Assembly: GCF_018350175.1 (NCBI RefSeq) | Contig: NC_058368.1 | Location: 67,706,001 to 67,770,000, forward strand | Direction of reading: 5' to 3' | Source of the DNA: Felis catus | Lineage: Eukaryota | Length of the DNA: 64,000 bases | Shown here: positions 48,981-63,117 of the stretch, piece by piece | Layout of the letters: every line of letters begins with the position of its first letter | How positions within the stretch are numbered: position 1 is the first letter of the stretch | Translations under genes and position numbers: made by a program | The notes under the pieces: generated by a model | What the model was told of the DNA's origin: nothing | What the model saw: the letters and a program-made list of their open reading frames with translations, nothing else | Databases searched by the model: none

Positions 48981-50931
48981 AACGAGAAAGGTGTATCTAT
49001 TTGGCGACATGTTAACGGTCTTTTTCATGCTGGCCCAGGGCACTCAGTGTCAGATCTATGGCTTGCTTCCTGATTTTATCATCGCAGACTCTTGGTGACT
49101 GCCTGCTCGGCCTGGCCTGACAACAGAGCTTTTCAGGCCTTAGACCACTGTGAATGTGACATGTCTTACTATATGACGAGGTTGTTTTAAATCCTTCCAG
49201 GAGCTGCCTGTTATTGTTTGAGTCCATCCCGGGCTCCAATCCCATGAGCACTGTGTAACAGCACATGTCACCACAGAGTAATGTGTCCTAACAGACATTC
49301 TCAGACTTTCTGAACCTACTGTAGGAGACAGTTCTTTTCTTAACGTTCTGTAGATGGCTCTCTCATGCCATGTATAAGTGGAGACCACACCAGACTCAAG
49401 CAAAAAGAGGCAGTAATGTTTTTCTCCATTTTGTATTCAATGCCTCACTGTAATTCCTGCCGAGTTTCCAGAGAGTTTAGGAAAGACGTATTGCCCAAGT
49501 TGTAGTATTATATTCAGTTGTAACCAAATGAGTATTGAAATGCATACCCCCATTAAAATCAAATCCTCCCATGTTTTAAGTGCAGTAAAACAAAAAACAA
49601 AAACATGCTAATAGCTAAAACCAAAACATTATCAGGCAATCAGGATATTTGATTCATGCTTTGGGAAATACAATAAATCATGCTCTGATTATAGCATTTC
49701 AAATTGGTAAAGAGTCCCTTATGAATTAAATATTTTCTGCTCAAAAACATTGAGTTTATATAACAACTTATCATTTTCCTGATTTTAAACAGAGCATTTA
49801 AGTTATGGTCATTCAAACACTGAGTCCATGCAATTGCATGTATTGAGTGTAACTACGGCGAGCATGTAAAAATTACTTTTCAATAATGCAGATGAACATC
49901 TTATGTCTTTTCCCATTAATTTGAATATGTAAAATCTTCAACTGAGCTGATGTACATGGGGTCATAATTATAAAACATTGAAGAAACAGTTTTAAAATCA
50001 ATGCAAAATACAAAAGGCACACATGAATGAATATGTATAAAAAAACTGCAGCCACAAGCTATTAAACATATAATTAAAATGGATTTATTGCTTTTGGCTT
50101 TGATTTTTTCCCTCTCTGTTATTGAATCATTATGGGGATCCCTTGAGTTCAATTATAATTACACACATACACATTATAATGTTACACATATATAAAGTAC
50201 ATATATAGTCTTTAAAGCTGAACTAATATAATAATATATATGCAAATTTAAATGTGTAAAATTCAGGTAATTAAAAATTATGATTCCCTAAGCAGCATTA
50301 ACATACAGGTAGTTATGAATCACTGCATTTTGCATGAAATTTATATCACAATACATCTCTCTGGCAAGGTGGATTTATTGGCATCTGTGTGAATTCCTTG
50401 AATTTCATACCTTACATTCTTAAAGTATGAGGCATAGATTTCTATGTGTAATAATTTTATTCTATATTTAAAAGCTTTCTTTGTGTCCTAGATAGCCTAT
50501 TGTTCCCTGCACAGGATCCCTAAGCAAAGTAGCCTGAGATGATTGCTTAATTTAAGTGGCTACATGGACATTTCAGAACCCTGTTCCCGGGGCCACAGGT
50601 GAAATAATGGGTGGGTGAGCATCCTACCCAGGTTTCCCCAAGGTGTAGATTTGTCAAAGGCTGAGTGGTGATTAGAATGAAGGGCTTTGCAAGAGAGAAG
50701 AGTAGGTCGCTTATTAGAATAATCCTGTTCTCTCACTGATTTTGAATGTGTGATTCAGAGAAGCTGAGCAGTTGGTAGATGGAGCAAAATCATTAAAAAG
50801 ATGAAAACAAAGAAGGGAAAGCCTGTTAACAGGGAAATACTGCAACAAGGATTCAGAAAAGCTTGCTCCCTGAGGAGGCAGCCAGGTAAGCTAGTTGCTC
50901 AGGTTGACCCTAAACAAGCTTCTAGGTCAAA

Positions 50932-51364
50932 CTCGTGGATTGAATGGCGTCCCCCAAAAGATACGTGGAAGTCCTCACCCCCATACCTGTGCTCATGACC
51001 TTATTTGGAAATAGGGTCTTTGCATATGGAATCAAGTTAAGATGAGGCCGCGAGAGTGGGCCTGAAGCTAACATGACTGGTGTCCTCAGAAGAGGAGAAC
51101 ACCATGTGCAGACCGGACACCCAGGAGAAGGCCATGCGATAGCAGAATCGTCCTCAAGGGATGCTGGCACAAGCCGAGTAGTGCCAAGAATCGCCGGCAA
51201 ATGACTGGAAGCTATGGAAGAGGTGAGGAAGGATTCCCTCTTACTGGTTGCAGACACCTTGAGTTCCGACTTCTAGCCCCCAGAACCACGAGATGATGCA
51301 CTTTTGCTGTCTTTAGCCGCTCAGTTCGCGCTACTTGGACAAGAAAGCCCTAGGAAAGAAATCA
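50932..51364 (+). mobile_element. MLT1 solo LTR
   Basis: gattgaatggcgtcccccaaaagat...gaccttatttggaaatagggtctttgca...gccctaggaaa. Confidence 0.9.
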
Positions 51365-52146
51365 GTCTCTCTGACGCGCCCAGAACAAGTTTCCTGTTCT
51401 CCCATGAGGACTGGCTGTCTCCCTTCTGGATTCCAATGTGGTGAGCTTTAGGTTCTCTTTAATTCTAATATTCAGTGAACTGATTTATGTTCCTTGGAAC
51501 CAAAGCATCAGTATCAGTTGGAACCAGGAGTGGTGAGGTAATATAATGGAGGCACATCGGAAATGAAGGATGTGTGGCATTGGTCATGGTGAGGTCATAT
51601 TTTCCATGAAGTGCTGGTAGCCTGCACTTGGTGGTGATGCAAAAATTGATTGAGCCACACCTGTTGTCTCTAGGTGCCTCCAAAATATATCCACCAAAGG
51701 CAAGTCTTTCAGGACTTTTGTAACTCTGACAACTAGATCCAAAGGCCTGTAGGATTGTAGGGTCAGCTGAATTCCTGATTAGTCCATATTTCCAAGCAAA
51801 GATTTAGGATATAAATGGCAGAGTTTGGAATCCAAATAGTGAAAGAATCTGAGAAACAGGAGAGGTTAAGTGATTTGCTCAAGGCTACACCGATTTGATG
51901 TTATGTGCATTTTACCACATATAGGCAAATAAGTAAAAGCACTGAGCTTATTATGGGTCAGGCAAAAAAAAAAAAAAAGAAGTAAAGAAATAGCTGTAGA
52001 AGTGCAAAAGGGTGTATTGGGGATTATACCTGTGAAAATTTAAGGCTGAAATTGGAACAAGATCTCTGCCAAGACCTCCTATTCCCCACTCAATGTGACC
52101 TGTTGGACCAATGAAGGGCTTGTCCCTACAGAAGCTTTATTATTTC

Positions 52147-52364
52147 ATTTTATTAAAATATTTTTAAATGTTTATTTATTTTTGAGAGAGACAGAGTGCG
52201 AGCAGGGGAGGGTCAGAGAGAGAGGGAGACACAGAATCTGAAGCAGGCTCCAGGCTCTGAGCTGTCAGCACAGAGCCTGATGTGGAGCTTGAACTCACAA
52301 ACCGCGAGATCACGACCTGAGCCCAAGTCGGACGCTTAACCGACTGAGCCACCCAGGCGCACCT
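52147..52364 (-). mobile_element. SINEC-Fc with TSD
   Basis: TSD agaagctttattattt. Confidence 0.94.
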
Positions 52365-52713
52365 AGAAGCTTTATTATTTTAAAATGAATATTTTGCTGA
52401 AATGTCCCACTAGAGAGTGGGACAAAAATTTGGGATCATCTAATCTTTATGATCTTTGCAGAATAGCTCAAAAATGAAGAGTATCTTATTGTATCTAATA
52501 CTTTGGAAATACTCATGATATCTATAAGATAAATAAAATTATAGAAGACATCAGGATATAATGACCAAGTACTTATTTCCTTTAACATTTTACCTAAATT
52601 AAGAACTCACAGATTTAGTTCCATACTGTTTACCTGACATATGCAGGCAGTTTCCTCAGGAGAATCTATGTCTCTATCTATCTTACATATCTCTGGTGTC
52701 AGTCATTCCTTAA

Positions 52714-52905
52714 TTTTTTTTAATGTTTATTTATTTTTGAGAGAGAGCAGGCACGAGTGGGGGAGGGGCTGAGAGAAGGGGAGGATCTGAAGCCAGCTTT
52801 GTGCTAACAGTAGAGAGTCCGATGCGGGGGTTGAACTCAGGAGCTGTGAGATCATGACCTGAGCCAAAGTCAGACGCTTAACTGACTGAGCCACCCAGGC
52901 GCCCC
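52714..52905 (-). mobile_element. CanSINE with TSD
   Basis: TSD tcattccttaatt. Confidence 0.92.
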
Positions 52906-55221
52906 ATTCATTCCTTAATTGGAGGATACAAAATATAAGTGGAAACTTTCAGTGCTGTCACTTACTGTCATTGTCCCATTCTCTGAGTGATTAAATATAA
53001 TTGAATATTAGACTTAAGTTTGCTTCCTGGGTAAGAAAAAGAAAAGATAAGGGATCCTCTGGTTTCCTTCTGGTGGAATATAAATCTTGCTTAACCTCTC
53101 TCCTTTGCTCCCATACCAAGCAAGGCAACAGACAAACCAAGAAACAGAAATACTCAAACTAAAAGTTTCTGTGCTTCTTTGCCCATCTTCCAACATTATG
53201 CAGGGATTAGCCCCACTCTACAGAAGAGATTTTCCTTTTTCACTAAGGAAATGCAAATGTTTGCCATGCTAACTGGTCAAAGGTAGGCAAGAGAGGGGAG
53301 AAAGGGGAACAGACATTTATCAAAGGATAACTCTTCTAACCTTTTCAATCCCACTGGGTTATAGGAAGGACAATCTCCACACCACAAAAGCGAAGATGTT
53401 TATTTATTCAAACAAGACCATTTGGCCAGTGGCAGAGACTGATTCCGATTCCAAGCCAGGTGCTTTTTCTCATACATCACTGAGACTTTCCCCTTAAGAG
53501 AATATTTGTTCATGGATAAAGTGATTTTTGCTTCACAATTTCCACAAATATCCTGTTTTCTTCAGATCTCGCAATAGCCAAGAGCAGTTAGGAAAGCACA
53601 CGCCCACAACCACCATATGTCATAAAAGTGATAACAGTCCACCAGTTGGTGAGTCCCAAGTTTCCTAGGTGTCTTTGATATTCTTAATAAGTCAACTTTT
53701 GCCAATGAATGACTTTTAGGCATAGAAGCTGGATGATATGTATTTTGAAACAATGATGGTAACCAGTCATGACAAAGGTCCCATTAAAGCTGTCTAAAAT
53801 TTGATATAATATAAAGCACTCTCTCTAAATTTGGAAAATCCATATTTCCAAATGGGGGATGTGTAAGTTCTTTAGTAAGCTGATCTTAAAAAAAAAATAG
53901 ACCATTATTTAAGCATCAGATATAATGCACACTTTGCCATTTTCATTTCACCATTTTACCTTCTCCTTTGCTTATGAATCAAAAACTATTCTGTTTCTTG
54001 GCTTGGAGGAGATGATGCTAACAAAACATACTGTAATTGTTTAGAAGTGATTTTCTCCGGAGATCCAGGAAGCTTAAGTAGTTGAGTTTCCTATTACTTT
54101 CTGCCCCCTGGGTTTTACATTAGTTCTGCACTGACTTTCTTGTCTTGTGTATTTGTAAGAGTAAACGATTAGGTAGGAGAGGCTCCCGGGGACTGTTCTT
54201 GGCAATAGCAGGTTGTGCTTAACTACCTTCTACTTGCCCGCACCTGATGCTCTTGGTTATTAACAGAGTTTGTGGGAATCAATGGCTACAATATCTCTTT
54301 GCTTAATAGGTGTTCGCAAAGGAAAAGAAGATGTAATAACATTTATCTGCAGGTGCGTCTGATGGTCTTCATCCAAGAAACAGAATTTTGCAGAGTTGTT
54401 GACAGCTGTTTTACTTGTTCTGTGTGTTCATTGCACAGGCTGAGCCATGAATATTCAAAACATGGTCTGCCTGTCTATGCCACCCATGGGAAAAATCAAC
54501 AGGAAGGGGGGAGTGTGTGGTGGAAAGCAAGGAACAGTGAAGGCTATTGCAAATGAAGTGGTAGGAGGAAAGCACAAACCCACCAAACGATGGAACAATC
54601 AGTAGAGGGTTTAAAAAAATGAAAATGTGACCCCGATGTCGAAGTCATAGTACCCATGACATGGATACTTGCAGGACGCCGGTGACCTCCAATTCATCTG
54701 CTTTGTCTGACTGCTAGAGATTAAATCAAGTTCTGTGACTGTTCAGAGAAAATTTACAGTGTAAGTTTTTGCATGCTTGTCCTACCGTCTTTCTAGGGAA
54801 GAAACTATTTACCTCTCTTTTTTCTCTTTTCCTTCTTTTTCTTCCTTTTTCTTCTCCATCTCCTCCTCTCTGTCCTCTCTTAATCTTCCCTTTCCTCTTC
54901 TTTTTCAAGCTACTAGACTTCCTTTGCTGTTGTGTGGGAAGGAAAATTGGAGAAAACAAAAGCCAGATGGCTCTCCACAATAAAAAGGGAAGGATAAGTT
55001 CAGAAGGAAAGATCTGGTTGAGGGATTGGAGGCTAGAGGGGTGATGGCCAGCGGGGGGGGGGGGGGGTCAGGGGGAGGCTCAGGTGGGGAGGTTGGGAGA
55101 AGTGTGGAGCCAAATGGTATATGGGACTTCTGGAGGAGAGGAAATGGGTAATAAAGATTTATTGCTATGGGGTGCATGATGGAATCCTTATATCTCTATT
55201 TCCAACCAAATCCTGAAAAGG

Positions 55222-55224
<3 letters not shown>

Positions 55225-55254
<30 letters not shown>
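55225..55254. repeat. (GT)n microsatellite
   Basis: Read directly from the sequence. Confidence 0.95.
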
Positions 55255-55255
<1 letters not shown>

Positions 55256-56364
55256 ACCATCTGTTATGTCAACACATGTGGCTGGGCATTAGGTAAGAGC
55301 AGAGCTGACCCACTAAGACCCAAAGAAGAAGCAGAGTGAAAAAAACTATTAAAAAATAGGAATCGCTGCCTTTATTGTCCTGTAAATTATCTCCTACAGC
55401 CGAATGAAACTGCTCACTGCTTCCTGAACTTTTTGCCCCTTCTTACCTCTAGCTCAGCCTTAATATCCTCTATCACTTCCGTTCCACCCGGCTCTCCAAA
55501 TCCTACCAATCTTCCAAAGTTTAAATGCCATCTTCCCCTTAAAGCCTTCTCTGACTCCCTGGGTGGAAATGATTTTCTCTTTGATTCTTATTCTTACATT
55601 TTGTTTGCAGCTCTTTCAAGTTCCTCATCATCCACTGCCTTGTATGACAGCCACACGGGCAAGTCTCTTTGGGCTGAGAGAGTGTGAGCTCCTCCTAGGA
55701 AGGGAACCTGTTCTATTTCCACCTAGACCCCGGGTCAGTACGCTTAGCAGATACTCCATCAACATCTATGGGGAAATGCATGCCTGGCTCGTCAAATAGA
55801 CGTTTTTAACCTACATCGTCTCTTATAAATTCATGGAGTTTTTTTAAAAAGCAACTTTGTGGGTAAAATTCCTTCCCATAGTACAACATTGAAAGGTGAA
55901 TTGGTAATAACAAATTGCAACAGTTGATACAGTTCTAAAACAAGCAAGATGGAAAAGTAATCAAGAAATTCTTTAGAGGATACTATTTGTATTCCAGTAA
56001 CTATATTATAATAGGTGCTCATCCATTTGGGAAATGTATTTACAAAACAAAACTGTGTGGAAGTGAAAAATAGCAAAACTGCCATTCTAGAGATTTCTAT
56101 ACACATGGAAGGGGATCCATGTTGTTATCTACCTTTGTCTTAAATTAAAAGAATTGTAAAATGTAAATTATTTTAGAATCAGAAGATGTAAGTAACCCAA
56201 AGTGCTAATTAGAGGTAATCTCCATACTTCCCTGTGGAAAGAATGGATACTTATGGCAATACACATTTCTCTATTTTCATAGCGTCCCTCTGCCTCCCAG
56301 CAATAAGAAAAGAAATCCTGATTTGAGAGACTACTTTAAAGAAATAATAAGAACCTAGAAAAAA

Positions 56365-56940
56365 CGAAGGAACCATAGTTACATGTATCAACATAGGTCA
56401 ATCTCAAAAAACACATTGATTACTGAAAAAGCAAATCACAGAAGAAGATGTACAGGACACGTCCCTTTACATAAAGTTAAAAAGCAGATAAAACAAGATA
56501 ATATGTTGTTGAGAGGCGTATGTATAATGTCAAAACATGAAGAACATAGAAAATGTCAATGCAAAGTTTAAGAAGTGAACTTTCTTTAAAGAGATGCAAG
56601 GGAAGTGCAGTGTAGGAGGCATAACAGAGAGTGTCCAAAGATACAGATAATATTTTCTTTTTTTTTTAAAGTTTATTTATTTTGAGAGAGGGAGAGAGAG
56701 ATCACTAGTGAGAGAGGGGCAGAGAGAGAGGGAGAGAATCCCAAGCAGGCTCCACACTGTCAGCACGGAGCCTGATGTGGGGCTCAAACTCACAAACTGA
56801 AAGATCATGACCTGAGCCGAAGTCAGATGCTTAACCGACTGAGCCTCCCAGGGGCCCCATAATAGAATTTTGTTTCTTAAGCTGGATGATAGATTTTTTA
56901 AATTGTACTGGTATGTTACATATACTTTTGTGTATGTGAT
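56365..56940 (+). mobile_element. Old L1ME-type 3' end split by a SINE (56655-56857, minus)
   Basis: acatgtatcaacataggtcaatctcaaaaacacattgattactgaaaaagcaaatcacag. Confidence 0.7.
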
Positions 56941-57533
56941 CTAATTAATGTTGGCAAATGGATATATACTGGACCTTCACAGTCTTGTTTCAAAACTTGG
57001 CAAATGAATATCTACTGGACCTTCACAGTCTTGTTTCAAAACTGGTGTATATACAGCATCATGGTAGACACTTACGTCCAGGGTTATGCGAAACTACAAG
57101 ACAGACATGCTACTTGAGGGTATCATTTTTTGTCGAAGCGTTTAGGCAAGGCATTTTTAAAATAAAGCATACTGGAATATTTTATGGAGTAAAACAAAGC
57201 ATTTGCGTGGAGTTTCTAAGATAAAATATAAGTGCTGCCGAGAAAGTTGCTATTTGTGGCGAGCCATTTTAAGCTTGACCCCAAACCATTGTCTCCCAAA
57301 GTAATATGTGGTGCGTGGAAAGAAGTTGGGAAGCCCCAAGGAGTCAAGAAGAGGTGTTTGGCCTGAGCCAACAGGGAGAGTAGACTCATGCCTTCTCTCA
57401 GAGCACAGCAAAGGGGGATTTATAAATATAACCCTCCAGCATATGGTGTTATACAAGCCTGTTTCCTTTTTGCTATTTTAGAGAATACTGAGCAAATTCC
57501 TTTAGAGATCTTTGCTGAAATAGCTATTATTTT

Positions 57534-57552
57534 TGGTGCCCCCTAGAGGTTG
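57534..57552 (-). promoter_or_regulatory. Candidate CTCF site
   Basis: Minus strand CAACCTCTAGGGGGCACCA closely matches the CTCF core CCASYAGRKGGCRS; lies outside recognisable repeats. Confidence 0.5.
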
Positions 57553-57889
57553 TTGGGGATACCGTAATAAATTAGTCTGCAGCTCACAAGTGACATTTGT
57601 ACTAAGCCACCTTTGGAAGAGTGAGTGAGGGATTCTGGAGAGTTTATCATGGCAGATAATAATGCCTCTAAGACACAACAGGCTATCAGAAAAGAAAAGG
57701 AGACTTTGGGACACAACAAACAGGCATCCTTAAAATGCTGGAAGTCTTTATTAATTTCCTTCGTCCAAGTACAGAGTCGTCTCTTGTCAAAAAGGGGAGT
57801 GTCAGTTTTCCTAATACCTGTACATCAAGAAAGGGTAAAAGTTGTCTCTCGAGACAAGCAGGATAAGGGTATTCACAAAGTCTAGATTC

Positions 57890-59000
57890 CTCCATTCAGC
57901 GAATATTGACTGAGTGTCCACTATGTGCCAGGCATTATGCTGGGCGATGCAGGTACAGTGATGAGTGCAAGTATCATCTCTGTCTTTTGGGACATACACC
58001 TAGTAAAGAAGATGGCAACTAACCAAATGACATGCCAATAAATGTATAATTGAAGATTGCTAAAATGTTATGGAATGAAAGCATATGGTGCTAGAAAGGA
58101 AGTGCTGCACAACAGAAGGATTAGATATACTGGTGGAATGTATCAAGAAGAACTTCTCCGATGAAGTGACATTTGAGCTGACATCTGATGGATGAGTAGA
58201 AATGAACTATGTGAAGGATGGTGAGGATGTGTTCTGGGACAGAATGAGCATGTGCAAAGATCCTGAGGCAGGTTGCAATGTTCACGGCATATTCTAGAAA
58301 ATGAAAGAAGACCAGTGTGACTATATTGCAGAGAATGAGGGGGGCAAGGTGGGCATGAGAAGGCTTTGAGGTCCATGCTGAAGATGTAAGTCATTCTTTG
58401 AAAAGCATGAGAAACCAATGAATTATTGTAAACAGGGAAAAAATATGATCAGATATCTGAAAAGAATATTATGACTTCAAAGTGTAAAATAAATTGAAAG
58501 ATTCAGAAAGAGGGAGACCAGTTAGAATTGTGAGCCAAAGCCATGGATAATGGCAGCTTAGCTTTTATCAAGTTATTAGAAAGAAAGATGTTCTAAGAAG
58601 TATTTAGAAAGTAAAAATCTGTAGGACTTGAAAATGGATGGAATGAGAGGGATGATGAAGAAGAACTATCAGGGATGACTCTCAGGTTTCTGGTTTAAGA
58701 TAGTTTTGCCATTGACTTGGGGCACACACACAGGAAAGATCATGAGTTTGGTTATGGACATGTTGAGTTCGAGATATTAGTAAAGCAACCAAATAGTGGT
58801 GTTGAGAAGGCAGTGGCTACTGCAGGTACAGGGGGCTAGTGCAGGTAGAGTCGAGAGGCGAGGTTTGGGCTGGAGATAGAGAGAGCCCTGAATGTCACTG
58901 GTGTACAGGTGGTAGACTGAAGGCAAGGGCACAGGTAAAGCTTTTGGTGGAGGGGATTTAGAGTGAAAACAGAGGCGGGCCGAGCTTTGAGGGACTCTAA
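57890..59000 (-). mobile_element. L2 3' fragment
   Basis: cattcagcgaatattgactgagtgtccactatgtgccaggca...ggacatgttgagttcgag. Confidence 0.85.
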
Positions 59001-59529
59001 CAAAAAAGGTGAAAAGGAGTGGTCATAGAGTTCAAATCACCTTTGGCCAACTGTGCATAACTTGGCTTTTATAGCCCAAGTGAAAGATGTGGCACCGGAA
59101 AATGAAACTCAAGTAAAAATCATCCATTCGTTCAGTTTCACAAGAAGCACCTACTGAGCGTCATTGAACTAGGTTCTAGAAATAATCCGAATAAGAGGAA
59201 GGCATGACTCTGCCCTGAGTAGCCCATAATCCAGAGGGCATTGGCTTTCAGGCTCCAGCTCCTCAATTTGATAAGAAATCTATGGGGTCATGGAGAAATT
59301 CATGTCCCACTCTCATAGAGACAACTACTCCTTCCGGCTGAATCTTTGGGTTTCCAACACATGGTTCTGATCTCTACCACAAACCAGGCCATCACATTGA
59401 ATCTTTGAGAACTCACCAGTCAGCTTGGCAATTAACACCCACTAGGAGAAGCCTGGGCCTTTTTTATGCAAGAAAGGACAGCCAGGAACTGGGCCAAATG
59501 GGGAAAAAGCCTCAATCTTTTGTTTAGAG

Positions 59530-59685
59530 CATTGGCCTCAATGTCAGCTTGACTTCAGAATCACATGGGGAGTTGAAAACATTCTGATGCCCACATCCTG
59601 ATTTAACTGGTCTGGGATGAGGTCTAATATTAGGATTTTTTGAGCTCCCAAGGTGATTTTATTGTGCATCCAAGGTGGAGATAAC
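59530..59685. mobile_element. MER5-type MITE
   Basis: cagaatcacatggggag...tctgatgcccacatcctgatttaactggtctggg...gagctcccaaggtgatt. Confidence 0.7.
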
Positions 59686-59834
59686 CTCATCCCTGTGATG
59701 GCCCACCAGCTAGAGGCCACTAGGTACACACCTGTAGTAACTTTCTTCCTTCCCTAACTTGATTGATTAATCCAAACCATCCACCCAACAAATAACCAGC
59801 CAATATTTTATTATATACCAGGCACTGGGCCAGC

Positions 59835-60381
59835 GTATTACTTTTCTATTGCAATATAATGAATAACCATAAACATAGCAGCCCAAAAAATACAGTTTGT
59901 GGGGCATAGTTCTGCAGATCACAGGTGGGGCTTGTCATGGCTGAGTTCTCCGCTCAGTGACTCATCTTGCTGAAACCAATGAGTCAGATGGGTCATTTCC
60001 TGCCCGGGGGCGCTGAGGAAGAATCCGCTTCCAAGTGCATTCAAATTCTGGCAGAATTCATTTCCTTGAGGTCTTGCAGGCTATTGGTCAGGGACTGCTT
60101 TCAGCACCTAGAGGTTGCTGGCAGTTGCTTGCCAGGTGGTCCCCCTGGGCAGTTCACAAAATGATTCTTCTTCCAGGTCAGTAAGAATGAATCTCTCTTA
60201 TTTCTTCCTCTGTGACCAGCTGGAGAACACTTTTGTGCCTTTCAAAGACTCAGATATAACCAGTATTATTTCTTTTTACCATACAACCTGACAGAATCAC
60301 ATCTCTGCCCACACTCAACAGAATGGGATTATACAAGGGTAGGGGTCACTGGGAGGCGCGTTGGAATTCTGCCTACCTCAG
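59835..60381 (-). mobile_element. MLT1 solo LTR (older subfamily)
   Basis: gtattacttttctattgc...gaagaatccgcttccaag...ggaattctgcctacctca. Confidence 0.8.
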
Positions 60382-62103
60382 CTGGGTAAATACAGATATC
60401 AACAATCAATAGTGCCTGCTCATAGGGAATTCACAGACCCGCCTAAGAGTCATTTATAGAAACGTAATGTAAACGCAGAGTTTGGTATTAGAGCTGTGTA
60501 ATTGTAGTGAGGTGGAAGAGAGAAAGGAATAATTAACTTTACCTGCAACAGATGACTATGGAGTGTCCAAATCACTTTATTGAAGAGGACGTTTCTCAGC
60601 TGAGTGTGGGAGCGCAAACTGGGTCATCAGGTGGGAAGGCTACAGTAAAGTATTCCTGATGGAAGATTGTCAGGACTAGAAAGTGTGCATGTGTGTGCGT
60701 GTGTGTGTGTGGTGGGGAGATGTGGGTCTTTGCTATCGGAATGTAAGAGAGTGGAAAGAGGATGCTGATAATAGAGTCTAGACTGATAACATATAGAGAT
60801 AAATGGTAGAACAGCAGCTGGTAAGACAGACCCAGGAAAGAGTGGTTGTCAAAGACCTGGTATTTGTGTTAACTCTCTACAAACAAACAACCATCCTCAG
60901 CCCACTCTTCTGTGAGTGGGGCACGTGACCCGTACAAGTAGCCACCACGTGAAGCACGCCATCGTCTTAGCTTGCTCGGCCATTTTGCCCTTTCTGCAAA
61001 TAGAACGTCTCACAACAAAGGCCCGAAAGACAGATGTTTCAATTTCCCTCTTTTCAGGGAAATGAGATGTTTTTGCATTTGCTACATTAGGACAGCACCT
61101 TAGCGTTAGACACTTAAATGATGTATCATTGCCTTATAAAATCACAAGAACAACATTTAACTCACAATAGTTGGGAAGAATTAGCATTAAATGCTTAAGA
61201 GCAATTCACAGGCAAGAATGATCAGTAGACAGCTACACTCCACGGAGGGAGGAAAAATGAAAGAGCAACTGTTTCAAAATGACTTTTTTTGTGCAAAAAA
61301 GCATATTGAATTTGGGTGTCTGAGCACAATTAAGAATTCATTGGATAAAAAAAAAACCCATGCATTTCTCAGCATGATTTTTAAAATGAGTACTTATATT
61401 AATTAATCGAATAAAAATGGGTATGTATTTCTGGGGTTGTGTGTAGGATCTTTACTTGGGTTTGGGTAAGCCAGTTATAGCTACATTAAGCCTGTTTTTT
61501 ACATTTAGAATATGCTTTCTTGGTAAAATAGAGAGCTAGAACAATAATGAGCTGAACAGAAAGCTTTAAGAAAATGCTCTGAGGACAGTGAGTGTTTACG
61601 GCTGAATTCCTTGGGGGAAGAAAGGAAATAATTACAAAGTTTGGAAGATAATAAGATTCTATATAGTAACCATTAGAAGGTAGCAAAAATAATTTTTCCT
61701 GGTAGCTAATATACTTCCACGGCAAGGTGACCAGTCTTTTTGATAAGTGAATATAGATATTCATATATGTGTAATAGAAGTTTGCTTTTGTATAGTATAA
61801 TTCATCGGACCATAGGAACATCAGTAGAAACCTTAGCGAAAGGTTGTGCTAAAAAGGCTGTTATCAGTAGTAGGAACACAGTTGAATGATTTACTGAGGG
61901 ATTCCGTGCTCACTTCACCTTGGACAAGATGTGCAAAAAGTGTCAGGGATTTGAGGTTAGGCACATGTTAGCAAGGGAGTTTTTGGAATTCATTTGGCAA
62001 TTTAAAATTGAAGCATGTGTATTTCTTAACTTGTTCAAAGAACATTTATTCAGATGTCTGGTAAGTGTAAAGGACTGGGCTTTATAAAGGAAGAGTTGGG
62101 ACG

Positions 62104-62331
62104 GGGGCACTTGGGTGGCTCAGGCAGTGAAGTGCCCTCTTGATTTTGGCTCAGGTCATGATCTCATGGTTCGTGAGTTCAAGCCCCACATCAGGTTCCA
62201 CACTGAAAGTGCAGAGCCTGCTTGGGATTCTCTCTCTCCCTCTCTCTGTCTCTCCCCTGCTTGTGCGCAGGTGCTTTCTCTCTCTCCCTCCCTCTCTCAA
62301 AAATAAGTAAATAAACTTAAAAAAAAAAAAA
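62104..62331 (+). mobile_element. CanSINE
   Basis: Head, CT tract and A tail; flanks gaagagt. Confidence 0.92.
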
Positions 62332-62859
62332 GAAGAGTCAGAATTAAAGTCTTCCCTCAGGGAGCTTTCAGATCACCTGTCTTTCTGTGTTGTTGGAAAA
62401 TGCCATCCTACTGGAGCAAAGAGCAGCTACTTACAGTATTTCTTAGAACCTGCTTCAGATATTTGATTTCTTATGGTAGATGTAGTTCGATGGAGATAGA
62501 TTTCTCTCTCTGTCTCTCTCTGTCTACCTATTTATCTGTTGAGGGACAGAGGAGCAAGAGACAGATACTGAAACGAAGGATGAAATTCATTGCCAACATG
62601 GAAAAGAGGAGCACGGCATCCTGATTTATCATATGAAACATTAGAAAAGAGAAAAGAGTCTTTACCAAATATGCTTGTACCTTGCTAGACCTTTCTGAAG
62701 CTAATAATTAAACTAAGGTTATCTGTCTAGCTGCAGAAAAATGAAAGTATATTTTTAAAGCCTGCTTCCTTAAAATGAAGTGTGAATGTTTTGAAGCTCA
62801 AACCCATCTGAAAAATGCAAACATTTTGATTTGCTGAGAGAGTTAATTATCATCTACAC

Positions 62860-63053
62860 TTATTTTCACTCCCAGTGTCTCAGCAATTTCTTCTCCCATA
62901 TTCATGGTATTGCCACCCATGTAGGTTTCCAAGCTTGGACATTTTGAGCTGTTCTTAATTTCTCCCTCTCTTACTGCTTCACATGTAATAGCTAGATCTT
63001 ACTGATTCTACTTCTGGAATATTTCTCAAATTTTTACTCTTTTGTTCTACTGC

Positions 63054-63117
<64 letters not shown>

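Noticed and set aside
46318..57042. CRISPR-like or other repeat-spacer arrays
   Set aside because: Only isolated two-copy duplications in eukaryotic DNA; no array and no cas genes.
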